Assembly (NCBI GenBank): GCA_041740355.1
Contig: JBGSMD010000063.1
Coordinates: 96,001-160,000 of the forward strand
Direction of reading: 5' to 3'
Length of the DNA stretch: 64,000 nucleotides
Origin: Bdellovibrionota bacterium
Lineage (GTDB): Bacteria > Bdellovibrionota_C > UBA2361 > CALJRW01
Below, piece by piece: positions 37,782-47,284 of this stretch. Position 1 is the first letter of the stretch. Each line of letters opens with the position of its first letter. The notes under the pieces are model-generated. The model was not told the DNA's origin and made no database searches. It saw only the letters and a list, made by a program, of their open reading frames with translations. Both the position numbers and the translations under genes were made by a program.

Positions 37782-39755
37782 TTATTCCTGACTTAATCCA
37801 AATTTCTGTAATCTATATCGAAAAGATCGGAAATTCATTCCAAGCAGCTCAGCCGCTTTAGTCTTGACTCCTTGCGACTCGTCCAAAGCTGACTCTAAAT
37901 ATCTTCGTTCAATCTTAGCTAGATGCTCATCAAGACTGAATTGATCGTCAAATATTGCTAACGATGCTTCCATAATCTGGGTTTCATTTGGAATTTCTTC
38001 CGAGGCAAGTCCTTTAGTCAAATTTGAGGGTAGATGTTCTGGTAATATTGTATTACCACCAATAACGATTGCATGTTCTAAAATATTTTCTAATTCTCTT
38101 ATATTGCCGGGATAATTGTAATTAGATAGCAGTTGTAAAGTTTCTGGAGGAATAACAACATTCTCCCCTACGGCCAATTTCTTTACTATAAAGTTAATTA
38201 GTAACGGCAGATCTTTCTTACGTTCCCTAAGCGGAGGAAGTGAAATGCCAATTACATTTAATCGATAATATAAATCTTCTCTAAATTGATTTTCTTTAGT
38301 TAAAGTTTCCAGATTTCTATTAGTTGCTGAAACGATACGAACATCAATCTCAATTTCTTTCTCACTTCCAACGGGACGAATCTTTCGTGTTTGAATTGCT
38401 CTAAGTAATTTAGTTTGCAAATGTAATGGCAATTCCCCGATTTCATCCAAGAAAATTGTTCCTGTATGGGCTTGTTCAAAATAACCTTTAAAGTCAGCAG
38501 TTGCGCCAGTAAAAGATCCCTTGCGATGCCCAAATAGCTGAGACTCAATTAAACTTTCTGGAATTGCGCCACAGTTCACTGCCACAAAAATGTCTTCTTT
38601 GCGCGGACTAGAACTGTGTATTGCACGAGCAACCAGCTCTTTTCCTGTCCCTGACTCACCCGTTACTAAGACATTAGCATTGGAGGGAGCTACTTTAATG
38701 ATTGTATCAAAAATACTTTTCATTTCGGAACTTTCGCCCACGAAATGATCATTAAAATCAAACTGTAGATCTTTTCGATCGTTTTTTGTTGCTAATAATC
38801 TAGCAAATTGATTTTGCTGCTCAACTTGATTTTTTGCTTTTAGATAATCAGTAATATCTTGAAAGATTAATAACTGATTGCCATTTTGATATTTGGCTAA
38901 CTTAAACTTCAAGCTTAATTCCCGAGTTTCATCTCGATCGACGATTGAAATATCACGACGTGAGTCGCTTTGTTTAAATAACTCTTTGTACTGAGGAATT
39001 AGATTTTGTAAAAACTTTTCATGTAATTCATGATCTTCTACATTTAAAAGTCTTTTAGCACATTCATTGGCCTTTAATAATTTATGATTCTGATCGTGGA
39101 AAAGAATTCCTAAATCTACACTATCAAGCAATGCTAATTCTTCTGAGGATAATTGCTCTAATTCATAGCGTGCTTGCTTAAGTTCTAAATTTTTACTACT
39201 CAAATGTCTTTTCAGATATGAAACAGCACAGCTCATTAAAACCATTGAAGAAATTAAGCCTAGAAATTGCGACTTTAATCCTTGGGGAGGGACGCTGATT
39301 GGATTAGTTAAAACGGAAATTTCAATCCAATTATGGATTTCATTTTGAATCATCAACAAATATGTTGTCACACAAACCATTCCAATCAAGATTCCATAAC
39401 TACGATCGTTTATAATCGAAGCAGCCATTACTAAGGGCAAAAATAAAACCAACCAGGGACTTACGGCAAGTCCTGTATTATAAATAATTAAAGAAATTAA
39501 TAATGTATGAAAAAACATTTCAATTGTTGCAAACCACTGCCCCGCATTAAAATGTGATAAATAAATCCCACTTATTGCTGTTACCCCAAAAAATAGGGCA
39601 ACACCAACAAATAAACTTTCCGAGGTTATTCCATAAACAAAATGATTATAGGAAGCGAGGAAAAGCATAATCGAGAGAGTAACAATCCTGATGTACAACA
39701 ACAGGGCTGTTCCTTCCTCTAGTATAAGTGTTTTTGCCGGCTTCCTAATTCTCAT
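37782..39755 (-). CDS. PilS membrane/PAS region fused to PilR-type sigma54 AAA+ activator and HTH
   Basis: About 6 TM segments, then PAS (LLDSVDLGILFHD..ANECAKRLL..FQDIT), then GESGTGKEL, GHRKGSFTGA, FLDEIGEL, YPGNIRELEN and KAAELLGMNFRSFRYRL. No H-box, HATPase or receiver. Confidence 0.88.
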   Translation of the reverse strand: MRIRKPAKTLILEEGTALLLYIRIVTLSIMLFLASYNHFVYGITSESLFVGVALFFGVTAISGIYLSHFNAGQWFATIEMFFHTLLISLIIYNTGLAVSPWLVLFLPLVMAASIINDRSYGILIGMVCVTTYLLMIQNEIHNWIEISVLTNPISVPPQGLKSQFLGLISSMVLMSCAVSYLKRHLSSKNLELKQARYELEQLSSEELALLDSVDLGILFHDQNHKLLKANECAKRLLNVEDHELHEKFLQNLIPQYKELFKQSDSRRDISIVDRDETRELSLKFKLAKYQNGNQLLIFQDITDYLKAKNQVEQQNQFARLLATKNDRKDLQFDFNDHFVGESSEMKSIFDTIIKVAPSNANVLVTGESGTGKELVARAIHSSSPRKEDIFVAVNCGAIPESLIESQLFGHRKGSFTGATADFKGYFEQAHTGTIFLDEIGELPLHLQTKLLRAIQTRKIRPVGSEKEIEIDVRIVSATNRNLETLTKENQFREDLYYRLNVIGISLPPLRERKKDLPLLINFIVKKLAVGENVVIPPETLQLLSNYNYPGNIRELENILEHAIVIGGNTILPEHLPSNLTKGLASEEIPNETQIMEASLAIFDDQFSLDEHLAKIERRYLESALDESQGVKTKAAELLGMNFRSFRYRLQKFGLSQE

Positions 39756-39757
39756 CT

Positions 39758-40978
39758 TTAGCTTACAATTGATCCCATCTTAAAGATCGGTAAATACATT
39801 GCAATTACAAGACCACCAATTACTGTTCCCAACACTAGGATCATAATTGGCTCAATTAATTGCTTCATAGCTCCGACCGCATTGTCCACCTCTTCTTCAT
39901 AGAAGTCAGCAATTTTTATTAACATTGTATCAAGCGCTCCCGACGTCTCTCCAACCTCAATCATTGACACTACCATTGGTGGAAAAATACTTGAGTCTGC
40001 TAATGGCTCAATCATTGATTTACCTTCGGAAATTGATAAGCGTACTTGATAAATTTCATTCTCCACAACTTTATTACCGGAAGTTTTGGCACAAATAGCA
40101 AGCGCATCAAGAATTGGAACCCCCGAGGCTAACATCGTGGCCAATGTTCTAGTAAATCTCGCTACGGCAACTTTACGAATAATGTCACCAAAGACTGGTA
40201 ACTTTAAAAAGATTGGGTGTAAGACCTCTTGACCTCGAGGAGTTCCAAGTGCTTTAAAAAAAGACCATAATAAAGCACCAGCTCCACCAAAAATTAAATA
40301 CCAATAAGTCACAAAGATGTCTGATAAATTCATTACGATCTGAGTTGGCATTGGTAACTCTGAACCGAAGCCCGAAAACATTTCGGCAAATGTTGGAATT
40401 ACAAAAATTAATAGTACTGAGGTAACAATACAGGCGGCGCTGACTACCACACTTGGATAAATCATGGCAGTTTTAACTTCACGTTTTAACTTCATGGCTT
40501 TTTCCATTTGAATAGAAAGTCGCTCCATGATTATATCTAGAATACCACCGTTCTCACCAGCTCTAACCATGTTGGTGTAAAGTTCGTCAAAGCACTTTGG
40601 TTGTTTGGCCATCGCATCTGCTAGGGTCATCCCCGTTTCAACATTGTTTTTGACATCGGTTAAGCTTTTCTTAAAAGCTGGATTATCACTACTACTTGCA
40701 ATAATTTCGATACCTTTAATTAGGGGCAAACCAGCATCAATCATTGTTGCAAACTGTCTTGTGAAAATTACTACATCACGAGGCTTAACCTTTGGACCAA
40801 ATCCTGGAATTTTAATTTCCATGTTAAAACCAGCTGCTGCTTCCACGACTTTTGAAGCGTCCAGATTAATTCGCTGTTTCTTAAGATAGTTGAAGGCTTC
40901 TTGTTTAGTATTTGCTTCAATCACCCCGCTAACTGACTTTCCAGATGGACTGGTGCCTTCCCATTTAAACTTTGCCAT
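39758..40978 (-). CDS. pilC: Type IV pilus platform protein
   Basis: FTRQFATMIDAGLPL, AGENGG, AMIYP, VGETSGALD and IEPIMI..AMYLPIF. Confidence 0.96.
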   Translation of the reverse strand: MAKFKWEGTSPSGKSVSGVIEANTKQEAFNYLKKQRINLDASKVVEAAAGFNMEIKIPGFGPKVKPRDVVIFTRQFATMIDAGLPLIKGIEIIASSSDNPAFKKSLTDVKNNVETGMTLADAMAKQPKCFDELYTNMVRAGENGGILDIIMERLSIQMEKAMKLKREVKTAMIYPSVVVSAACIVTSVLLIFVIPTFAEMFSGFGSELPMPTQIVMNLSDIFVTYWYLIFGGAGALLWSFFKALGTPRGQEVLHPIFLKLPVFGDIIRKVAVARFTRTLATMLASGVPILDALAICAKTSGNKVVENEIYQVRLSISEGKSMIEPLADSSIFPPMVVSMIEVGETSGALDTMLIKIADFYEEEVDNAVGAMKQLIEPIMILVLGTVIGGLVIAMYLPIFKMGSIVS

Positions 40979-41156
40979 ATTATTTCTCCACTATCATTTA
41001 GTGATTTCAAAAACAGCCAAAACTATTTTTGAAATATTATAAAAATTAGCTACAAGAAGAATCTACTATTAATAGATTCCTCCTCTTGATTTCGCCAAAC
41101 TTCCTACCAAACTAAAGTTTTGGCAGGAAAAAACTTCATTAACTACTATAATTCAC

Positions 41157-42869
41157 TTAATCTACAGTAGTAACCCTTAGAACTTCCTCTAAGGTGGTAC
41201 CACCTTGCATTAAATGCAAAAGTCCTGATCTTCTTAAACTAATCATTCCATTTCGCTCGGCCTCTCTTCCTAATTCCATCGCAGATGCACCGTTTAGAAT
41301 GAATTCTTTTAATGGCTCAGTAATCAACATCACTTCGTAAAAGGCAATTCGCCCCTTGTAACCTGTTTTGCCACAAGTTTCACATCCGGCGCCACGTCTC
41401 AAATTGCAAGTCTTAGCTTCTTCTTCGGAAAGTCCCGCGGCCATTAAAGTTTTAATATTACGATCGGGATCAGGCTCAGAACAGGCTGCACAAACTTTCC
41501 GACCAAGTCTTTGCGCTACAACCACACTCAATGAAGATGCCACAAGAAATGGCTCAACACCCATATTTAAAAGTCGACTGACTGTTGCGGGTGCCGAGTT
41601 TGTGTGGAGGGTTGATAAAACTAAGTGACCAGTGAGTGAAGCTTTAATACCAATTTCGGCAGTTTCATAATCACGAATCTCCCCCACCATGATAATATCT
41701 GGATCTTGTCGTAAGAATGCTCGCAAGGCGGAGGCAAAATTATATCCAATATCATCGTGCATCTGTGCTTGGTTAATTCCAGGTAAGTTAAATTCTACTG
41801 GATCTTCCGCTGTACTAATATTTGTACCAATTTGGTTTAATTCGGATAATGCTGAGTATAAAGTTGTTGTCTTACCAGAACCTGTTGGTCCCGTTACTAA
41901 AACCATTCCGTGAGGTTTGTTAATAGCACTTTTAAAATCTGCTAATTGTTCCGGAAAAAATCCTAACTTTGTCATATCTAACTGCAAGTTAGATTTATCA
42001 AGCAAACGCATTACAACCTTCTCACCAAATAATGTTGGTAGAACGTTAACCCGAAAATCCATTTCCCCTTTGCCTTCTGGCAATCTCAATTTAATACGAC
42101 CATCCTGTGGCAAGCGACGCTCAGAAATATCTAAACGGGCCATAATTTTTAACCTTGAGGTCATCGCATTTTTTAATTTGATTGGTGGCTTCATAATTTC
42201 TTGTAGCACACCGTCCACCCGAAATCTTACTCGGAAACTTTTCTCATAAGGCTCGATATGAATATCTGATGCGCCACGCTTCATGGCATCATGTAAGATA
42301 GCATTTACTAATTTAACAACTGGAGCATCTTCTGATGCTTTTTCCAATTCTGTTAAATTAATTTCGTCTTCTTCTACTACCTCAAGTTCCTGCATCTCTT
42401 GGTCGTTTAAATCTCCCATGATTTCCGAGAGATTTAAATTTTTGCTTTTATTGATATTTTCCTGCTTGGCTTTGATTGCTCTTTCGGAAGATAAGGTTAC
42501 CTGAACATCTAGTCCGGTAATAAACTTTACTTCGTTTAAAGCATTAACATTGGAAGGGTCGAACATAGCAACCGTAAGAAACTTTTCGTTCTTAACAATT
42601 GGTAACAGACCATGTTTGTTAGCTAAACTCTCCGGTATTAATTTCAGTAGTGTCTGGTCTAATTCCAGCTCTTCTAATTCTGTGACCGGCATTCCATATT
42701 GGGAAGCTAGGGCATCAACAAAATCATGCTCGGTCATGAACTGTTTCTCGACCAACAATGTTCCAATAAATTTTTCTTGAAAGCTTGGTTCCTCTAATAC
42801 AGATTGAAACTGTGCTTGTGTGATCACATTTGCTTTAACTAGTAATTCACCAATACGGGTTGAGGACAT
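41157..42869 (-). CDS. pilB: Type IV pilus assembly ATPase
   Basis: RIGELL N-terminal domain, ASDIHIEP, RLPQDGR, GPTGSGKTT, LRQDPDIIMVGEIRD and tetra-Cys motif. Confidence 0.97.
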   Translation of the reverse strand: MSSTRIGELLVKANVITQAQFQSVLEEPSFQEKFIGTLLVEKQFMTEHDFVDALASQYGMPVTELEELELDQTLLKLIPESLANKHGLLPIVKNEKFLTVAMFDPSNVNALNEVKFITGLDVQVTLSSERAIKAKQENINKSKNLNLSEIMGDLNDQEMQELEVVEEDEINLTELEKASEDAPVVKLVNAILHDAMKRGASDIHIEPYEKSFRVRFRVDGVLQEIMKPPIKLKNAMTSRLKIMARLDISERRLPQDGRIKLRLPEGKGEMDFRVNVLPTLFGEKVVMRLLDKSNLQLDMTKLGFFPEQLADFKSAINKPHGMVLVTGPTGSGKTTTLYSALSELNQIGTNISTAEDPVEFNLPGINQAQMHDDIGYNFASALRAFLRQDPDIIMVGEIRDYETAEIGIKASLTGHLVLSTLHTNSAPATVSRLLNMGVEPFLVASSLSVVVAQRLGRKVCAACSEPDPDRNIKTLMAAGLSEEEAKTCNLRRGAGCETCGKTGYKGRIAFYEVMLITEPLKEFILNGASAMELGREAERNGMISLRRSGLLHLMQGGTTLEEVLRVTTVD

Positions 42870-42902
42870 TAATTTAACCTAAAGAACCTTATAATAAGCC
42901 AT

Positions 42903-42960
42903 AACAAATATCGTCAGCTAATTGAATAACTTGAGTCGCTTGGACAAATTTTGTCAGCTA
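42903..42960. promoter_or_regulatory. Second pair of PilR-like palindromes upstream of pilB
   Basis: AACAAATATCGTCAGCTA (42903) and GACAAATTTTGTCAGCTA (42943). The second has the same 13-bp core as the site upstream of pilA. Confidence 0.6.
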
Positions 42961-43228
42961 TAGATATTTTGATGCAAATCTGAAGGAATTATCTTCAAAT
43001 TATGAGCCACGTATTGGCCCATAACATTAAGATCGATGGCAAACCATATTATTTACTAGTTTGCTAATTTAATTAAAAAACATGTGTCTTTGCGATAAGT
43101 TAAGAGAAATTCTTTCTTGAAAGGAAACTTTACAACAAGAATTAAAATGCTTAAAAACTAGGGCATTTTGGATAAAATCTTCGTTTCAGGTTATAGTTGT
43201 CAAAATTTGCCTATCTTGATTCCATAAA

Positions 43229-44140
43229 TTGGTTAAACAGAAAAACTTCAGTCCTGTTGTCTCTAAAAATCCCCCCAAGACAAATACTAATACCCAAGTT
43301 GTCCCCTATGATCCCTTAAGAGCATATTTACGTGAAATTCGGCAAATCCCTAAGCTTTCCGTAGATGAAGAAAAAGCCTTGGCAATTAATTTTCTGAAGG
43401 ATGGTGATTTACAAAAAGCTTACAAACTTGTTTCCTCTAATCTGTGGTTAGTTGTTAAAATTGCTCGTGAATATGAAAAAGTTGCCAAAAATATTCTAGA
43501 CTTAATTCAAGAAGGGAACATTGGCCTGATGGAGGCCGTAAAAAACTTTGATCCCAATCGTGGTGTCCGATTACCCTCTTATGCCTCTTGGTGGATTAAG
43601 GCCTATATTATTAAATACATTCTTGCCAACTGGCGAATGGTTAAAATTGGAACTACTCAGGCCCAAAAGAAATTATTCTTTAATCTCAGTAAAGAAAAAG
43701 CCAAATTAGAAAGAGAGGGATTCTCAGCAACGCCTAAATTATTAGCAGAAAAACTTAATGTTAAAGAATCCGAAGTTATTGAGATGCAACAGCGCCTTGG
43801 TAACTCGGAATTGTCCGTCGATGCGCCCTTAGCCGATGACGAACACAGCGATTTGCACTCCGTCCTTTCCACTCAAGCTCTGAATGCTGAGCAACTGTTG
43901 CTAAGAGATGAGTTGGATGCTCTAATTAAAAAAGCATTAACTGAATTTGCTGTTTCAATCAATCAGAACCAAAGAGTAATATTACAAGAACGATTGCTGC
44001 TGGATAACAAAAAAACTTTACAGGAATTAGCCGATCAATTAAATATAAGTGTCGAGCGAGTCCGACAGATTGAGAATCAAGTTAAGGACAAGCTAAAAAC
44101 ATTTCTTAAAGACAATTATCAAAATATCGACTTTGAATAA
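43229..44140 (+). CDS. rpoH: RNA polymerase sigma-32 family factor
   Basis: DLIQEGNIGLMEAVKNFDP, RpoH box TTQAQKKLFFNL and SVERVRQIE. Confidence 0.88.
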   Translation: MVKQKNFSPVVSKNPPKTNTNTQVVPYDPLRAYLREIRQIPKLSVDEEKALAINFLKDGDLQKAYKLVSSNLWLVVKIAREYEKVAKNILDLIQEGNIGLMEAVKNFDPNRGVRLPSYASWWIKAYIIKYILANWRMVKIGTTQAQKKLFFNLSKEKAKLEREGFSATPKLLAEKLNVKESEVIEMQQRLGNSELSVDAPLADDEHSDLHSVLSTQALNAEQLLLRDELDALIKKALTEFAVSINQNQRVILQERLLLDNKKTLQELADQLNISVERVRQIENQVKDKLKTFLKDNYQNIDFE

Positions 44141-45491
44141 AATCCTAATTCTTCTTTTCTTATTACTACTGACAGCCGCGGGTGGTGTAGGATATATCGG
44201 TGGCGCAAGTTACCTGCTCGATCGTGATGGTCCCGAGATTGAAATCATTGATTCACCAAAAGCCTTAAGCAAAGAACCCTTTCCACTGAAAATAAAATTA
44301 ACAGACGAATCTTCGGGCTTATCTGGATATTCACTACGCGTAATCTATCGTAATAAATTAAATGATATTTTAAAGAAAAGTTTTAATGGTGAGAAATCAC
44401 TTGAAGAGACTGTTTTAGTTGACTTAACAAAATTCAACTTCCCTCAAGGAGCAATTGAATTTGAACTAAGAGTTTTTGATCGAAGTTTTTTTAGTAACTT
44501 TTCGATCAAAAAATTTTCAGCGACAATAGATTATGATGCCCCTCAAATTAAAGCTGTGTCTGCTCAACACAACACTATGTCAGGTGGAGTTGAGCCAGTA
44601 TTCTATCAAGTGACTGATAAATTTTTAGCTTCTTCCGGTGTGGAACAAGGTGGTAAATTTTACCAAGGTTACCCAGCAAGACTAGTTGATATAAACTTTC
44701 GCGATCCAAATTTATTTATTGTCTTCTTTTCAATTAACCCAGAGGACCAATCGGCGCCACGCCTAGTAGCGATGGATCAAAGTGGTAATAAATCAACAGC
44801 AGGTTTTACCTTCAACTTGATGCCTCGTAAATTTGGTCTTCAAAAAATTAAAGTAGATCAAGCATTTTTGGATATAATTTTAAAAGCTACGAACTCCCAA
44901 TCATTTACTGAGGCAGCAAAAAACTATTCCGATCTTGCAGCTCGGGAGCAGACACAAATTAATCAAGCTTTGAATAAAGCTACTTCTGGAAAAATGCTTT
45001 GGTCTGGTAGTTTTTTACAGGCGGAAGGAGTTGTGAACTTTGCTTTTCATGACAATTTAAAATTATCATTTGAAAGCCAAGACTTTATGGATTTTAAATA
45101 TCCGGGGTTCTTCTTAAATACGAAAACAGATCATCCCGTACTTTCCCTACAAAGAGGTGAAGTAATTTTTGTGGGAGACATGGCGCTACGCGGTAAGGTT
45201 GTGATTCTTAATCATGGCCTAGGCGTCAGTACACTCTATTCTCACCTCCAGGAAGCACTAGTAGAAGTAGGGCAAACAGTAGAGAAAGGATTAGAAATTG
45301 GCTTATCAGGTCAAACTGGACTAGCTCGCAAGCTTGGCTATGGTATTGAAATATTAATTTCTGGAAATCAAATCAATCCCTTAAACTGGTGGGATCAGAA
45401 ATGGTATGATGGTCATATTGAAGAGAAAATCTTAGAGATTAAACGCCTATATAACATTCCAGTTCTCGAAAAATACACAGATAAGAGATAA
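44133..45491 (+). CDS. Membrane-anchored M23/LytM-domain protein, probably catalytically degenerate
   Basis: GKVVILNHGLGVSTLYSHL..VEVGQTVEKGLEIGLSGQTG. The HxxxD and HxH positions read YPGFF and KLGYG. Confidence 0.8.
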   Translation: MNKILILLFLLLLTAAGGVGYIGGASYLLDRDGPEIEIIDSPKALSKEPFPLKIKLTDESSGLSGYSLRVIYRNKLNDILKKSFNGEKSLEETVLVDLTKFNFPQGAIEFELRVFDRSFFSNFSIKKFSATIDYDAPQIKAVSAQHNTMSGGVEPVFYQVTDKFLASSGVEQGGKFYQGYPARLVDINFRDPNLFIVFFSINPEDQSAPRLVAMDQSGNKSTAGFTFNLMPRKFGLQKIKVDQAFLDIILKATNSQSFTEAAKNYSDLAAREQTQINQALNKATSGKMLWSGSFLQAEGVVNFAFHDNLKLSFESQDFMDFKYPGFFLNTKTDHPVLSLQRGEVIFVGDMALRGKVVILNHGLGVSTLYSHLQEALVEVGQTVEKGLEIGLSGQTGLARKLGYGIEILISGNQINPLNWWDQKWYDGHIEEKILEIKRLYNIPVLEKYTDKR

Positions 45492-45647
45492 GAGCTGGCG
45501 CCCCAAGGATCGCGTGAAGCACTTCGTGTTTTCTATCCCCCAGCGTGATAGTAAAATCAGATGTAGAGAACCCTTAAAACAACAAATATAGTAGGCCCAA
45601 CAAGAATTCCGAAAAAGCTTTTCGGAGATTCATTCTTGGGTTGACTG

Positions 45648-45774
45648 TAGAAAGTCCAAAAAGTAATTTACGTAAGGAAACTACTTTTTGGGGCTTTCTA
45701 TCCCCCGCAAGCGTAGAAAAATCATATAGTTATTACAAATAGCAAATGGATCTATTTATTTTTGGTCATCACTA
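45648..45774 (-). repeat. Dispersed three-hairpin repeat, copy D (reverse), with partial copy at about 45528-45566
   Basis: GGGGCTTTCTATCCCCCGCAAGCGT is nearly the reverse complement of copy B (ACGCTTGCGGGGGATAGTAAGCCCC). Confidence 0.85.
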
Positions 45775-45876
45775 ACTACTAAACGACAGGGTGTTTATTA
45801 ATTGATTGTAAAGAATTATTGCAGAACTCTTCTGATCAAAAGTTCTGTCTGTTCAGCATACTTTATTGATTTAGAA

Positions 45877-46500
45877 TTATCGACGACGACGCTTACTCTG
45901 CTCGCCCTCTTCGCCTACAACTGGTCGCTCGCTTTCATCTAAATATCTAAAAGTAGTAGCTTGGCAATTAAATTGTAAGACAATTTCTTCTCCCGCTTCT
46001 TTTAAAACATTCAGACTTATCTTATCAATATTCACAATTCTTGGTAGATGAGCCACCTCATCAAAGAATGTTAATAGTTGGTGAAACGTTCCCTCTAACT
46101 TTATTTCTACCGGGAGATTCGCTAAATAATCCACTTTCTCTTCAGGAAGTGGTGTAAACTCTAGCACCTCTAAACCAGTGTCAATTGCTAATACGGAAAT
46201 CGATCTTAAAAACCCCTCAATCTCTTTACGATCAGGAAGTTCCCGCAACACATTTGCTAGTAATTCATCTTGCTCCTTAGCCTCTGCTTGATATTTCTCA
46301 AGATTACGTGAAATCTTTCTCTCTTGAAGAATCTTAGTTTCTAAACCATCGACTTCTTGTTCTAACTCAGAACTTTTAATTCTTAAATCTGTGTATAAAA
46401 ACTGCCAGAAGCCAGCAAACACTAAGATAACCAAAATTATTGCTATTCCAATTCTATGTAATATTGGCAAATTAGCTAACTTATCAAGATATTTTTTCAT
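45877..46500 (-). CDS. pilO: Type IV pilus alignment protein PilO
   Basis: Single TM, coiled coil, LPDRKEI, GTFHQL..FFDEVAHLPRIVN and ATTFRY. Confidence 0.93.
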   Translation of the reverse strand: MKKYLDKLANLPILHRIGIAIILVILVFAGFWQFLYTDLRIKSSELEQEVDGLETKILQERKISRNLEKYQAEAKEQDELLANVLRELPDRKEIEGFLRSISVLAIDTGLEVLEFTPLPEEKVDYLANLPVEIKLEGTFHQLLTFFDEVAHLPRIVNIDKISLNVLKEAGEEIVLQFNCQATTFRYLDESERPVVGEEGEQSKRRRR

Positions 46501-46541
46501 CGTTAAATTTTATATAACTATATTCTAAAAACTAAAGACTC

Positions 46542-47276
46542 CTACAAATCTTCTAACTCCGCCAATTCTGGAAACTGAACTTCTTCTTCCTCAGCAACTT
46601 CATCTTTTCTTGCGGCCTTCATGCCCGCATAGCTAAATTCGGCCATAATAATAAATTCCTTAACTCGGACGTTATTTTCAGATATTGCTCCGCTACGAAC
46701 GACATCCTTGTTCCGACTAGAAAATTTACCAGCGCTATCTTTCGCGGCTTCATCTGGAGAAGAACTAAACGTTCCCAACTTCTTAGAAAAATAAACTTGC
46801 TTAGATTCCTTTAAGTCAACATTAGTAAAGTAATTCGACTCTTGGATTTGCTTAATAAAAAGTGCGATGTTTTGGTTGTCCAAGGCACGCCCTTTAAGCT
46901 CTAAGCTTGTCCCTTCTCCTTCTTTTACAGACTGTAACCAAACTGTTTCTGGTAAGGAAATATTTAAATCATTTAAAACCTTAACTGGACCCATCCGATT
47001 TTTACGTAACTTCGCCAAAACTAATAATTTCGCACGAATTTCAGCTTTCTTCACTTCTAAATCTTTAACAACTTTGGTTCTCTTCTCCAAGGTCGCTAAT
47101 TGCTCTTTTAAACTAGCCATCTTCAAATTGTACTGGGTAATTTCAAGTTGTGTTTGATTATACAATCGATAACAAATCACTAATGTGAAAAGCAGCATTG
47201 TAGCAAAGCCAAATATCAAGAAACGATTGGTATGGTCAATTTTTGTGGTATCACCTAATAGGTTAATCTTAATCAT
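46542..47276 (-). CDS. pilN: Type IV pilus alignment protein PilN
   Basis: MIKINLL N-terminus, TM, LPETVWL and LKGRALDN. Confidence 0.92.
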   Translation of the reverse strand: MIKINLLGDTTKIDHTNRFLIFGFATMLLFTLVICYRLYNQTQLEITQYNLKMASLKEQLATLEKRTKVVKDLEVKKAEIRAKLLVLAKLRKNRMGPVKVLNDLNISLPETVWLQSVKEGEGTSLELKGRALDNQNIALFIKQIQESNYFTNVDLKESKQVYFSKKLGTFSSSPDEAAKDSAGKFSSRNKDVVRSGAISENNVRVKEFIIMAEFSYAGMKAARKDEVAEEEEVQFPELAELEDL

Positions 47277-47284
47277 GACAGCTT

